64,000 bases of DNA from Veleropilina oligotropha. Taxonomy: Eukaryota. Under the pieces are notes generated by a model. The model was given only the letters and a program-made list of their open reading frames with translations. It was not told the DNA's origin and ran no database searches. Both the position numbers and the translations under genes were made by a program. The number at the start of each line of letters is the position of its first letter. Within the stretch, counting starts at the first letter, position 1. Shown here one piece after another: positions 15,301 to 29,400 of this stretch. The DNA is taken from assembly GCA_048128005.1 (NCBI GenBank), contig JBEUKZ010000066.1, positions 248,001 through 312,000 on the forward strand. Direction: 5' to 3'.

Positions 15301-18300
15301 AGGTAAGGTACATTCGTATAGATCTCTCAGAACATCTGAAAACGTAGTAAAAGCTATATGTACATGTACATACAAATGCACATGCATATATACCTCTCTC
15401 AGACATCTGAAGCAGGGAAAAGTCAAGCATATACATGCCCAAATGATAAAAAATATCTGTAAACAAGCTTAATTCGACCAAGTATAGTTAGTGTTCGCTG
15501 CATGCCACCTAAGCTATTGCTTCATACCTGTAATTCATTTTTATCATCAAAGTGTTTGGTCTTCAGGTATTTCTCCCTCACGATCTTCACAACTGCATGC
15601 TTTAATTGCTCTTTAAATGCAAAGTATTTGCCAGAGGAGTTTATCTCATACAAGAGTTTTTGCCTTCTGAAAAAGAATACCAGCAAACAATTAACATTAA
15701 TTCTATCTGGAATATGCTGAAAGTGCCCACTGAGTCGGTGCTAAAGATAAATAAAATTATATAAATCAACAGCTAATTTCAACTCTAGTTCAATGGTGGA
15801 AAGTGTAATGCATTTGAGATCCATTGATGATCCACTTAAAAATATGGCGGATGAGAATGATTAAATCGCTGTGTTAGACATAGCTGCACTCTAATAGATG
15901 ACCACGATGGTTATATATATAAATAAAAGCTTAAGAAGCCTATCGTTCTATATATCTCTACTGAAGTTCAAAACGCAGGAGTTCATTAAGTCCAAAACAC
16001 TAAATTGTAGAAAAAATTAGATGCAGATTTTCATAATTTTCGCAGAGAATGTTGACATCATAAAGATCGAAGGTCTTGCCAAAACCTAAAAAGTTGACGA
16101 TCAGAAAAATTAGCATTGCTAAAGCTCCCCTGACTTCGTCAGCTAATAAAATGTCAATTATGCTGTCATAATTTTACCGTGTTTCCATTTCTTTATTGGT
16201 TTGAGGCTCACCAGCAGCTAACTCGTCACCAAACAAATCTCTGAAATATTATGTTAGCTAATAATGGAATATTGTTGATTGACTAATAAACATATCTCAT
16301 CTAATTCCATTAATACATATAGCAACACAATAGGAATGGAGACTACTAAAGATCTGCATAACATGATATAACGAACACTGACTAAGATTACGAAAAAATG
16401 TGAGAAGAAAGGTAGGCGAAACAAGGACACATAACTTTTTCCATAGAGAGTTTTGAATTGTAACAACTGATAATTACAGATTTACATCATTACCTGTATC
16501 TACATTTACATGCAATGCAATACCTAATTAGTTTAAACAATATTTTTTTATTTCATAAGAAATTATATATTATAATATACAATATAATATATTCGGCAAC
16601 AGATCATGACCTATATAAAGCCGTCTCGCCAATGAAAAACTTACAATGCACATATAATTTATAAAGTACGGTGTGTGTAGTACAATGATAGAGTATAAAT
16701 GCACATATACCACATTAATAGTACCTTGTGCGTAAAGTGTAGTACATGTATAACAATAATAGAGTATAAATGTGCATATGCCACGATCTCTGTTATTACA
16801 TGCGGTATAATTATTTCTAAGTAAGGTGGTTGTCAAGTTGATTAAATTGTGAATTATGAATGAATGTCAGAGCAATCCAGACCTGAATATATACTAATAT
16901 GTATATATATTTATTATATGCCAGTCGTTTTCTGACGCCTATTCTCGCGCAGTTTTCCGAGACCCCGTATCACAGACACAGCTGATATCGATTCAGAAAA
17001 CGTCTCCTGCTTATATATTCACAGGAAAACGTCTCCTGCTTATATATTCAAAATGGCTGACAAATCGTAGGAACTACGTCCAATATAGTCCTAGACTATT
17101 TCAACCTCCCTTACAGATTCGTGACTAAAATTACCATAATCTTTCGATTCAATTTAATAAGAAACTTGTTGTGGCATATAATAAATATGTTATCAGTCAT
17201 TGTGTGGATTCTGGCACATCGGAAACCTCTCGTGACGTCGTAGTTTTTGCGGCGGATAAATCGCTTGAACTTCGTTCTTGCGATTAATCTAGTATATTTT
17301 GTCACTTGAAATTTGGTGTCATAGACATACATGATGTTAATATGTGAAACGTATCACAGTTTGAACATAAATAATCATTCTGTACTGAAATAAATATCAG
17401 GAAGATTAGTTGCAAATTTTTTAGTTTTATCTATGTCGTACTATTACTATCCATCAATTAAATGTAAGAAAACCTTCAACTAAAAACTTTAACAGAATCT
17501 CTTTTTTCCTAAAAAATTCTATGTTCAAATACGTCATTTTACAATATAAATTAAAATATATTTTTTGAAATTTGTTTCTTGAATGAAGGATTATGATGTG
17601 TATTATCCATATGAAAAGGTTTGGTACTGATAACCCTCCAATAAATGTAAGAAAAACTTTAACCAAAAACTTTAACCGAATCCCTTTTTTCATGAAAAAG
17701 TCTATGTTCAAATGCATCATTTTACAATATAAATTAAAATTATTTTTATTAAATTTGGATCTTAAATGAATGATTATGATATGTATTATCCATATGAAAC
17801 GGTTTGGTATTGATATCCATCCATTAAATGTAAGAAAACCTTCAACTAAAAACTTTAACCGAATCTGCGGACGTACGTACGTACGTACAGACGCAGTGAA
17901 AGCAATATGCCCTTCGGGACTACCGTCCCGGGGCATAAAAATGTACCTATAGCACACCTGTGGGAAATTAGATACATAATTATAAACTGTCAGTTTATAA
18001 TTACCTGAATTCATCCAAAATTAAACTGGCGACGTTGCCAATTTGTACATGATAGTCCTCAACAGCCTAAAACAGAATTTAAAATATTGCAGTTTCTGTT
18101 ACAGTAATAAATTAAACAAATTTACATGGTATTCAATGACAATAAGCATTTAATATTGATCACATAATTCATACACTAGTACATTTAAATGATTTTAAAT
18201 GTTGTTATCTATTTCAAAACATGTCATGAGATAAAATATTTATTCTCCTTGAAACAAAATGTTGACATATTGGCTGCACTTAATTCTAATGGGTTTGTTC

Positions 18301-20380
18301 ATTGTGTTTGGGGTGTTCTTCTTTATGATAGTTTATCCATCAAACGGAAATTATGTCATAAAATCTTGATTGGGATATTTTGGGGTATTTCCTAGTGACA
18401 AGGAACACGATGGTGAAGGCCAGAAATCTCTATGACTAATAGCTTATACCCACAAGAGCGGAAAAGCGAAATAATGGAAATTAAGTCATAAAATCCGGAT
18501 CCCGATCTGGATATTTTGGGTATTTCTCCAGGACATGGAACACAATTGTTAAAGCCATAAGTATCTATGACTAATTATCCACAAGAGCGAAAAATGCGAA
18601 AACCAGAAATGAATGTTATACAATCCAGATTGAGATATTTATAGGTATTTTCCGTTGACAAGGAACACTATGGTGAAAGTCTGAAATCTATACGCTTAAT
18701 AGTTTACGCACTAAAGCTAAAATCTGGATCTCGATCCGGATTGTGATTATTTTTGGTATTTTCAGGTTTACTGGTGTTCTTAAACTTGTGTTAAATTTTG
18801 AAGTAAATCAGACAAGCAGATACTGAGAAACATCTGCGGACAGACATACATACATACAAACCGACACAATTGTAATACCTTCTCCCACCACTACGTAAGA
18901 AATGGTAAAAAATGATATACACTACCAAAGTAGTCTTAATGCGGAACATAAAATTATTAATAAAATAGTTTATTCACCTTCTGGGCACCATTTGTGCGCT
19001 TTGGGAAAAGAGGCCTTGGTGGAATATACTCGGCTACCCTACAAAACATGACAATAGTATATTAAATGAATGCTGAAAGAGAAGATGGTACAACATGACT
19101 ACCATGCAGATGAATGGACATAACTGGAGTATTCCTGTATAATATTGGGGCTATATAATGTATGCTGCACTCAGCACATTCATAATGTGGACAGAACCAT
19201 AACACACTACAATAATATTAGTGTATGTAATAGATAAAACACTGCTATCCCAAGCACTATCTAACATGATTATTTAACACGTTATGGAGCTATCGCCGAG
19301 GGGTGTCAGAATATTTTCTGTCATACACACCATGAAAATCTATTGGAAATTGCAAGCTGCCGTGCGTTCAGGATCGACTTTCCAGCAAAACCCTTTTCAA
19401 AAGCGCTTTGCATGCTTTATGAACGCTCTTTGGTGTTGAAAACGTTTTCCAAAATGGCCGACTTAATCGACTTAATCGTCAGCCATCTTGGTCGCGCGGC
19501 GTGTAACCTCCGAAGGTTGCACGCCGTGCACAAATCGTTTTCAGAAAGCACTCTGTAATTGAACGACTAAACGCAAAACGTTTTGTGATTTAGACAAAAC
19601 GTTTTCATCCTGAACGCACGTCTGTAACACCTTAAAACATGAAATTTCCCATCATAATATGCTCATGAACTCATATGAAGAGTCGACTCTTCCATTGGCA
19701 ATGTGTCAAAACCTTTGTCACTGGCCAGTTCCTAGCCATTGACTCTTGTTGTACGGGTTGTTAACTGGAACAATGGAACAACTGACACTACCAGTCATAT
19801 TGTCCATATATCCTGCTAATGGTGTGTATGTACAAGAATTAAAGCCGTGGTCACCAACCTCTTGGCCAGCTCCTCAGCCGGTCGTTTGGGGACGAGGGGT
19901 CGGCTGAGGGAGATCTCGAGCATGATGTACGACCGAGCCTCCAGGTACTGCTGTCCTTCCACATTAACAATCGTCTGGCCGTCCACATCTGACGCAGCGT
20001 CCGACTTCATCGTCTGAGAGATCTAAGAGTAAGGAGGAATCATAACAGTTGATTATTCGCCAGCAGAATGATATTATAGTCAATGCCTACGATTATTTAC
20101 AGAACAGGGATCTGTATATAATTGACAAATGACACAGGTATATTAATTATGTAATAAAGATCCATATATATCGAAGGCACTTCATAACTTTGCAAAGAAA
20201 ATTAATATATTTTGTTGTCCTCTAACCAGGTTAAAATGATACACTGGGCGATTTCTCCATGTGTTCGTCGATATGTTTAACAGCAAAAAGCATAATATTG
20301 AAAATTATGGACATGTACTGTATGATAGTATGTGTTATATGAAACATGTACAGTACGAAATGGCATTTCTATCTATAAGA

Positions 20381-20415
<35 letters not shown>

Positions 20416-23400
20416 AAATATATATATTAAATAGTCATTCAGTTAAATAACATTTTATCATAACACTTAATTTGGTTCTATGACCTGCAAAAAATGGATT
20501 AAAGCATGAATATAATACGACGTTGTTAATATTATTAGTCATACTGCTGCTCAAGTATCCTGCACAATTTCCACTGTCTTGGTTCAGATAACGTAACATC
20601 TTGGAAGCAGACTGATTTTTTGTTTGCTTAGATTATATCAGTGGGCAATACAACACGTTATTAACACAATTCTCATTAGCAATTATAGAACACGGCACAC
20701 ATAGCTTTCCAACACAGTTGGACACAAACCTCTGCCTCTGTTGGTGCTCGCTGCTAAAAAATACAATATTGAAATCTTTTTGTGTGTTTTGGTGCATTAA
20801 ATTGAATGATCTATTTGCATGCATAATGCACTCATAAATTCAAACATTCACAAAAATTGGTGCAAAATCAGACCATTATTAATCTAGCAGGCCATTTAAT
20901 TATTTGGATAAAGGACTGCTCATTATAAGGAATGACATTGACAAAATAAGTTGTGTTAAATACAAAAACAGAAATTTTATTTACGATATTAAATTATTAC
21001 AACAGATCAATAGCTTTGAATCATGCGTATATTTGATCGTGTACTGTCAAATAATATTAAAAAAACAATACCATATATAACTATGTGTTCATGCCAAATA
21101 AATTGTGTAAATTTTAAATGGTGCAGACATCATCACATCCAGCCACCATGCAGTACGTCAACGAACCTCTTCCTTAATCGGTTTGTTACCCGATTTAGCC
21201 TGATTATTGATAGCAAACAACGATAATAAATATATGCATTATATAAACTATAAATGTACGACTTGGTTTATTCACTGACTGCATTATACTGATACATGTA
21301 GGAAAATAGATGACAAATATTTGTGCTTTATCAAATGAACAATATATATTCTTACATAATTTTGAAAAATTGCCATTTCCAAATTTCAAATGCAAAATAT
21401 GAGGTATGACGTATCAATTTTTTCAGTCGATTCTACCAATCACTAAGACTTTATGTCTGTCAGTAAGGGGTCAAATTAATTAATAGTGTAGGGAGGACTG
21501 GTCAGTTACCTACCCCTTTCTTGACCCCATCTTTCTTATCGGCTCCTTCCTTTTCTTTTCCAGTTTTCTTAGGAAATGGAGAGATCGTGTTTCGGATGGC
21601 AGCATTAGTGGCGATCTTTGCAGCCTCCTCAGCAAAACCAGTTTTACGCTTGGTCTGAAAGGTGGTCAATTAACATGATATTTTACCAATCTATAGTATC
21701 AACCCACCTATAAGCTGTGTTCACATTCATGGCTTACAAATGGTTAATAACTGACTATAGTATATATCTCACTCAGTTTTCAATTTGACATTATGAAAGT
21801 TTTTATGGTACACGTCATGTTTACTTTCACAGCAAAACACGGACTCGATGATTTGATGGGACAAACTTTGATTCAAATGAATTGTTGAATATATGAATTC
21901 AAATAACAATTGATTGTGTTTCATGTAAGGTTGTCCATAACTGACAGAGGATGGTGAATTTACTTCCATTATAAAATGGAAAGGTTAAATACCGTGACAA
22001 TAAATCTAGGTGTAAATCATACTTTCTGTCTTCTGAATGAGTAATGAAATTCATTGGCATATATTTATAAGTCTTTACCTTTTCAAAAAGACCTTGTTCA
22101 GTGTAGGCATACACTTTATACGCACCACGGATTCTTTTCACTGCAACATTGTGTATATTGATAATTAAACAGACCAGAATAAACGAGAAACCATTCTCTT
22201 GTAGCACAATGTAAGTTTACCTAATAATATTTAATGACATTACAATCATGGTTTCAGATACTCATTTATAAATATTAAAAATTATAATAACTTTTCCTGA
22301 AAGCAAGTTCGGTCTCTGACAATAACATTAAATGATTGTTAAGTCAAAATTAATTAATTATAGTTATCAATGTAAACAAGCACCATGTAAATGTTCAAAC
22401 TAGGATGAGACTTATTATCTCACCTCCAGGATACAACAGTGGAGCCATGTTGACGTATGCGATGCCGTGATATCCAATGGTTCCTTCCTCTTCCTGAAAT
22501 AATTAAGGGTAATTTTCACACCAAATATTGTATGAATAGTGTACAGTAGATAATGAATTAATTTCTAAATTTCTGGATAAAATTATACAACACTGGAAAT
22601 AAAAATATGTACATTACGCTAATTAACAGGACATATATCAAATCTCTTCAAAGACACATTACATTATTAACAATCGCATCCGAGAGGAAGCATAGTTGAG
22701 CTGCAGTGCCCACTCTCAATAAACTAAATTTTATCTTTCTAGGTTGACCGAGGCCGCTTCGGCAGCGCAGTGGGTAGAGTGTCCACTCTAAATTCACTGG
22801 CTTGATTCCGCTAATGCGAACAGTAGTGGGTTCAATACCTGGCGGAGGCATTGAAATTTGTTCAAGTTATGAATCACAGTTGTCCGTGACTGGCCGAAGA
22901 GGGCGGGTTTGCCCGGGCGACCGAGTTTCCTCCCGCGATAACACGGACATGTCCTGCCCTGAACCTCGATGTTGTAAATATACAGGATATTAAGCATCAT
23001 TCCTCCCTCACTCCCTAGGTTGACCGAGTCCAGATATATGTCTGTTTATGTATTTTACACTTATTTGACTTTGGTGACCTTGACCTTTGACCTCATAAAT
23101 CAATCAGTAGTTAGATATCCACTCATATATCATATATATGACGTTTCGTGGCTATATGTTTTGAATTGACCATGTTATGCCATGTAAAGTCATCGCGGAC
23201 ATACACCACACAGACAGCCTCAATACAATAGTTTCTCCGTAAACGGCTCAACTAATTATGTTCTGATCACCTGAATTATAATGGTAGCAGGTCATCTTGA
23301 GAATTTGTTTCAAAGGCAATCAATGAAAGAGATTTCATTGATTAATATACAGTAGTTGTAAGTTTCTATAAAGTGTTCCTAATACAGGCTTGTCGCAAGA

Positions 23401-26400
23401 TGACCATGGCTGATTATATACAAGAACAATTCATATAAGACAGTTACATAAAGGTAAAGGTATGAAAACTCTTAAAAGTCAAATTTTAGATGATTATTGT
23501 TTGAAGTTGAAGTTACACTAAAGTCCTTTTCCAATTTAGGCGTGTTAATTTTTTTAATTAATGATATAATGTGAGTCGTAGATAAAAAGTTAAGTTGTTA
23601 GTACACTTTAACTGCGTGCATTAATTGTTACTAATATGGTCAGTATGACTATACATTATGATATCTACTTTAATTTTAAGGGGAAATTAAATTCCTAAAT
23701 TCATACAAAATTAATACATTTTATAAATAATCTTTTTTGTTGAAAATAAATCATTTTAATAATACCTCAACTAACCTCTACATTGATCAAACATTCAATT
23801 GTTGCATGCATATTTTAAGCCTAAATCGAGTTGTGGGTTTGCCGAGAGACTATCAAATTAAAGTAAATGGAGGACTGTTACAGTAAGTCTACATATTATA
23901 GTCAGTACAAACCTTCCTCCACACAATAGCCGAGGTCTTATGTAAATGAAAAGCAAGCTTTAAGCATGGTGTACATATTGATAGCTATATAAAACATTTG
24001 AGGGTGAATCTATATATATATATGTCCTATGTGTCACAAATACACATACACATAAACATGTAAATGGGTGATTGCAAAAGGTGCGATGCATAATTATTTT
24101 TACAACCTAACACCTAGCACAATTATTAAATGTTATTTCTGTGCAATATAAGTTTTAGTACTGTGTACAAGTTTTAGTATTAATGTTGTCAATGTGCTCT
24201 TGTGCAAATTAAGCTAGCACTATACTAAATATAGAACGATACCTGAAAGTGATTTACAAAATAATGAAAATACATAATCGATAAAAATTAAATATGTCCA
24301 TTGGCACTTGTGGATGTAAAACAATTCATATTTATGATATAAATAATTTATAACCTTCATAGATGGTTAATGAATATGCAAGGAAGCTATGGGATGGTAA
24401 TTGAAAAGATAATTCAATGTCGAAACATCTTGATATGTCACCTTAGTAAACTCACCTTCTTGCCCTTGCCCCCTCCTTGCGGCATCGGCAGGCGCATGAC
24501 TTCAACCGGCCAGTATCTCGTCTTGGCTATCTTTTCTTGCAAGCTAAAGATAAATATAAATATTTGATTTAAAACTTCCAAACAAAGCTTAAGGCTGCCA
24601 ATATGATCTCTTCTACCAATAAAAATAAACAGCAAAGCTTAAATCTGATCCACAAAGAATATTGGTCCCATATGAAGAATTTCTTGAATATTATTAATAA
24701 AAGTAATAAATACATGCATACACCCTAGATACAATCAATAAGAGTATACAGGTATATCATGCAACATCTGTATCACTGTAAACTCCAGAAATCACTTTCA
24801 TAAATGATATGTATCACTATTTTAGACAACACATCCTGAAGTTTCAGATTTCTTTTCACCTTTTGACGGCCGCCATTTCCAGAAAGCAGCGCCTCTCCGT
24901 GTTCCATGTGACCCGGTTCTTCTCCGACTCCGACACGGCTCGATGTTCCCGGTCTTCTTTTCCCGTGAAGTCTCCATCCTCATCCTCCGCTGCATCGTTG
25001 GACAGGAAGCTGGAAACAAAGAATCGTGGGATAATCAGATTTAAATCTAACATTATAATTTTGCTCACTTTTTCACAAAATGTGACTTACATATATATCC
25101 TATTGTAAATTGTCAGATCGTGCTTGATCTGAACTAGTGATTTTTATTTCAATGCACAGGCAGGATTATATTGATCCATGTAAGAAGAACACACCAGAGA
25201 TTGAGGAAATGGAATACAAGGTTACATATTATATAGAGGATATCAAACGAGTGTCCATTCCATATGAGAATAATGAAACGAGTCGGGCACAATTTATGTA
25301 CCAAGCCTTGGTGAGGTACATAAATTTGCTGACGAGTTCATAATTCTCATATGAAATGGATACAAGTTTGATATCTTCTTTATCATATGACGTTATTTAC
25401 TTTTAAACTTCTTTTATTACGTTTTTAAACTCATTTCTTTACGTTTTTAAACTGATTTTTGTCAGTACTTTCAGCCATAAAATGCCATGCCCCAGACGCA
25501 TCACGCCTCGAAAGCGTACGCCAATAAAAAATAGTTCAACGTCAGTAATCGACGAGTCAACGCATATGAATTATTCATTATGTTAATGAGGGTGATTCGC
25601 CGCCTAATCAACTTGGCGTCAGATGCGATAATCGGCCGTCATGCTCGCCCTCATTTGCATACTTATGAGACGTGTCTTTTCGTATAGAGGCTTATGGAAC
25701 GGCTTCTACCGTTCCATAACAGGTTTGTCATGTGATAAATATATATATACAGTATATCGAATTCTTAATCTAAAATCAGAATTAAGGCTTGGATCATAAC
25801 AATGAGCCAACACAGTCCATTGTCAAATAGCTTTTATACAATCTGTAGTTGATCGATGCATAATTTATTTCTTTATCATAAATTTGATGGACACCATCAA
25901 AGGTTTTCTTCATTTTAAAACCAATTTATTTTCACGTGCAATCACCCCACATGGTTTTGTTCTTACCTGTCTGGGATATAGATTGCCCCGGCCTGTCCCG
26001 TGCCTGGAGCCAGCCATTTCTTCTGCTTGTTGGGGACCTCCTTCTCACTGCCAGGCTTCAAGGATCCGTTGGAAAACACGATTGGTGTTTCTTTCTAAAT
26101 TCATAGAAAATATAAAGGTTGTTTAATTTTAACTCCGCAGTTCGTTCCATGTTCATCAAGTATGCAGTCAATTAGATTCAGTCACGTAAATCTTACTCGG
26201 AGCTCCAAGACAAATACATGCAGATGAATGCGTCTACATCACCCAATCTTATACAATTATTGACTGGAAATAAATTGCATGTGTTTGGTCAAGGGGAATA
26301 TAAAATGATTACCAATGTCTGCCCAGTTGGAGTGGGCTGACATTACTACCTCTGTGATTTAACAAATACCAGCAATGTGACCGTACTATGCAACCTCTGA

Positions 26401-29400
26401 GTGAACGGGTAAGGGTATCGCTACCTACTAACCTCTGGGATAACAGGAATGGGCACGGTGCAGTACTAACCTCCGGGTTAACGGGTATGGGCACCGCGCA
26501 GTACTAACCTCCGGGTTAACGGGTATGGGCACCGCGCAGTACTAACCTCCGGGTTAACGGGTATGGGCACCGCGCAGTACTAACCTCCGGGTTAACGGGT
26601 ATGGGCACCGCGCAGTACTAACCTCCGGCTTAACGGGTATGGGCACCGCGCAGTACTAACCTCCGGGTTAACGGGTATGGGCACCGCGCAGTACTAACCT
26701 CCGGGTTAACGGGTATGGGCACTGTGCATTACTAACCTCCGAGTTAATGGGTATGGGCACTGTGCAGTACTAACCTCCGGGTTAACGGGTATGGGCACTG
26801 TGCAGTACTAACCTCCGGGTTAACGGGTATGGTCTCCGTGCAGTACTAACCTCCGGGTTAACGGGTATGGGCACCGCGCAGTACTAACCTCTGGGTTAAC
26901 GGGTATGGGCACCGTGCATTACTAACCTCCGGGTTAATGGGTATGGGCACCACGCAGTACTAACCTCCGGGTTAACGGGTATGGGCACTGCGCATTACTA
27001 ACCTCCGGGTTAACGGGTATGGGCTCCACGCAGTACTAACCTCCGGGTTAACGGGTATTGGCACTGTGCAGCACTAACCTCCGGGTTAACAGGTATTGGC
27101 ACTGTGCAGTACTAACCTCCGGGTTAACGGGTATTGGCACTGTGCAGCACTAACCTCCGGGTTAACGGTCATGGGCATCGCGCAGTACTAACCTCCGGGT
27201 TAACGGGTATGGGCACCGCGCAGTACTAACCTCCGGGTTAACGGGTATTGGCTCTGTGCAGTACTAACCTCTGGGTTAACGGGTATGGGCACCGCGCAGT
27301 ACTAACCTCCGGGTTAACGAGTATTGGCACCGTGCAGTACTAACCTCCGAGTTAACGGGTATGTGCACCGTGCTTTACTAACCTCCGGGTTAACGGGTAT
27401 GGGCACCATGCAGTACTAACCTCCGGGTTAACGGGTATGGGCACCGCGCAGTACTAACCTCCGAGTTAACGGGTATGGGCACCGCGCTTTACTAACCTCC
27501 GGGTTAACGGGTATGGGCACCGCGCAGTACTAACCTCCGGGTTAACGGGTATGGGCACTGTGCAGTACTAACCTCTGGGTTAACGGGTATGGGCACCGTG
27601 CATTACTAACCTCCGGGTTAATGGGTATGGGCACCACGCAGTACTAACCTCCGGGTTAACGGGTATGGGCACCGCACAGTACTAACCTCCGAGTTGACAG
27701 GTATGGGCACCGCGCAGTACTAACCTCCGAGTTGACGGGGATGGGCATCGTGGCCATGTATATGTGCTGCGATCCCGCCTGCCATGATTCCGGGGGCGAG
27801 AAGCACGACTCAACCGTCACCGTCATGAGGTTCCCCTCGCTCAGCTGACCGTCGTCCAGCAAAGGCTCGTTCACAGACAACTGGATGTCCACCTCCGGCT
27901 GTAATAAACACAAGGAAACATATAATCTTTGTATATTGACAACAGACAGCTCTACTTGCCTGTGTAGATGAAGATGAGGAAAATTTGAGGTTAGTTGTGA
28001 GCAGTGCGCTCTGTTTATTGTTGGGGCTCGATGAATAACGTGGCTCTCAATTCACTCGCTTGAATGCTCTGAATAATAGTAGTGGGTTCGAATTGTCTGC
28101 TGAGTACTTTGTTCAATTAACAGTCACAGTTGTTCACCGAATGGTGTTATAAAATGAAACATAAAGCATCGATCCAAACCATTAATTGCTGATATACATG
28201 AGTGAATTAAAATTGCTGTTTAACAACGTCAACAATTTTTAAGCTATAAATTGAGTCAAAGAACTTTGATTGGTGAATTCCCCTAACTCTTGGGAATCAA
28301 ATCCAGAATGGTTGTCTCTGTAGACCAGAGTCATATTCACTCAGCTCTCTTCGCCTCTTTCTCTCCATTAATGAATTGCATTAATTTGAATTTACTCTGT
28401 TGCCCTTTGTGTCTAGAATACTGGTCTTTGTCTTAAATATTTCAGTTTCATATCAGTTACAACAAGTTAATGTTGAATCAACATTCGGGCATGAAGTAAA
28501 CCATTCATACCTTGGGCACATCGGCGGGCAGATTTTCTAGTGACGATCCGGGCAGAGGGTTCAGGGTGAGAGTGGTCTGACATTTTACTTCACCTGTACA
28601 AGGAAAACATTAACATTATTGATCATAGGTGGAGTTCCAAACTGCTTCATTTTAATTTAAGGTTGAACATCTTGGCCACGTCATATTGGAACATTATAGA
28701 GAGATGATCAAGGCCTGAAATATGTCAGGAAAACCATCACCTTCGCAGGTATGGAATACTTCATCGATTAAGCCCCTTTCCCACATACACGATTTTTGTT
28801 ACGATGGACCACGATTTTTGAATTATTTGCAATCGCAACGGCATCGTATACATGTTCGTGGTCAATCGTGGTCGACCGTAGCACACCGTAGTGAATCGTG
28901 ATGGCACCGTGGAGAACCACGATTTTGGAATGTTAAAAAAAATCTTGCACTACCATAGCTTATACAGTAGTTGTGAAAACAATCTTGGACCATCGCAGCA
29001 GCATCTTATGAGAGTCGTGACGTTGTTGTGGTATATCGTGACGGCGTCTTGTTCATTCGTACTCATTCGTAGTAGCCACAACACCTACGGATAGCGAAGT
29101 ACGATGGCACCATATTAAATCGTACTGATGTCGTACTGGCATCTTGTGAAACCAAACTGATGCCGTAGTACAATTGGTATTTCGTAGTACGCCGTGACAA
29201 ATCTTGACGGTATCGTAACTCTACCGTAATAATTCGTAACACTACTGTACTACTACCGTACCACATATTGGCGACGTCTTGACGAAACGTGGGATTCAAT
29301 TGAATTTGAACTTTTATGTACAAATTGATAAGGTGCATCAAGAGTTTTAGTAATTTAAAAATCGTGGTCTACCGTAACCAAAATCATGTATGTGGGAAAG

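Noticed and set aside
17454..18014. 186-aa ORF
   Set aside because: Chance reading of a tandemly repeated intronic element.
26450..27750. CRISPR-like array
   Set aside because: Units are head-to-tail with no unique spacers, no cas genes are present, and it lies in a eukaryotic intron.
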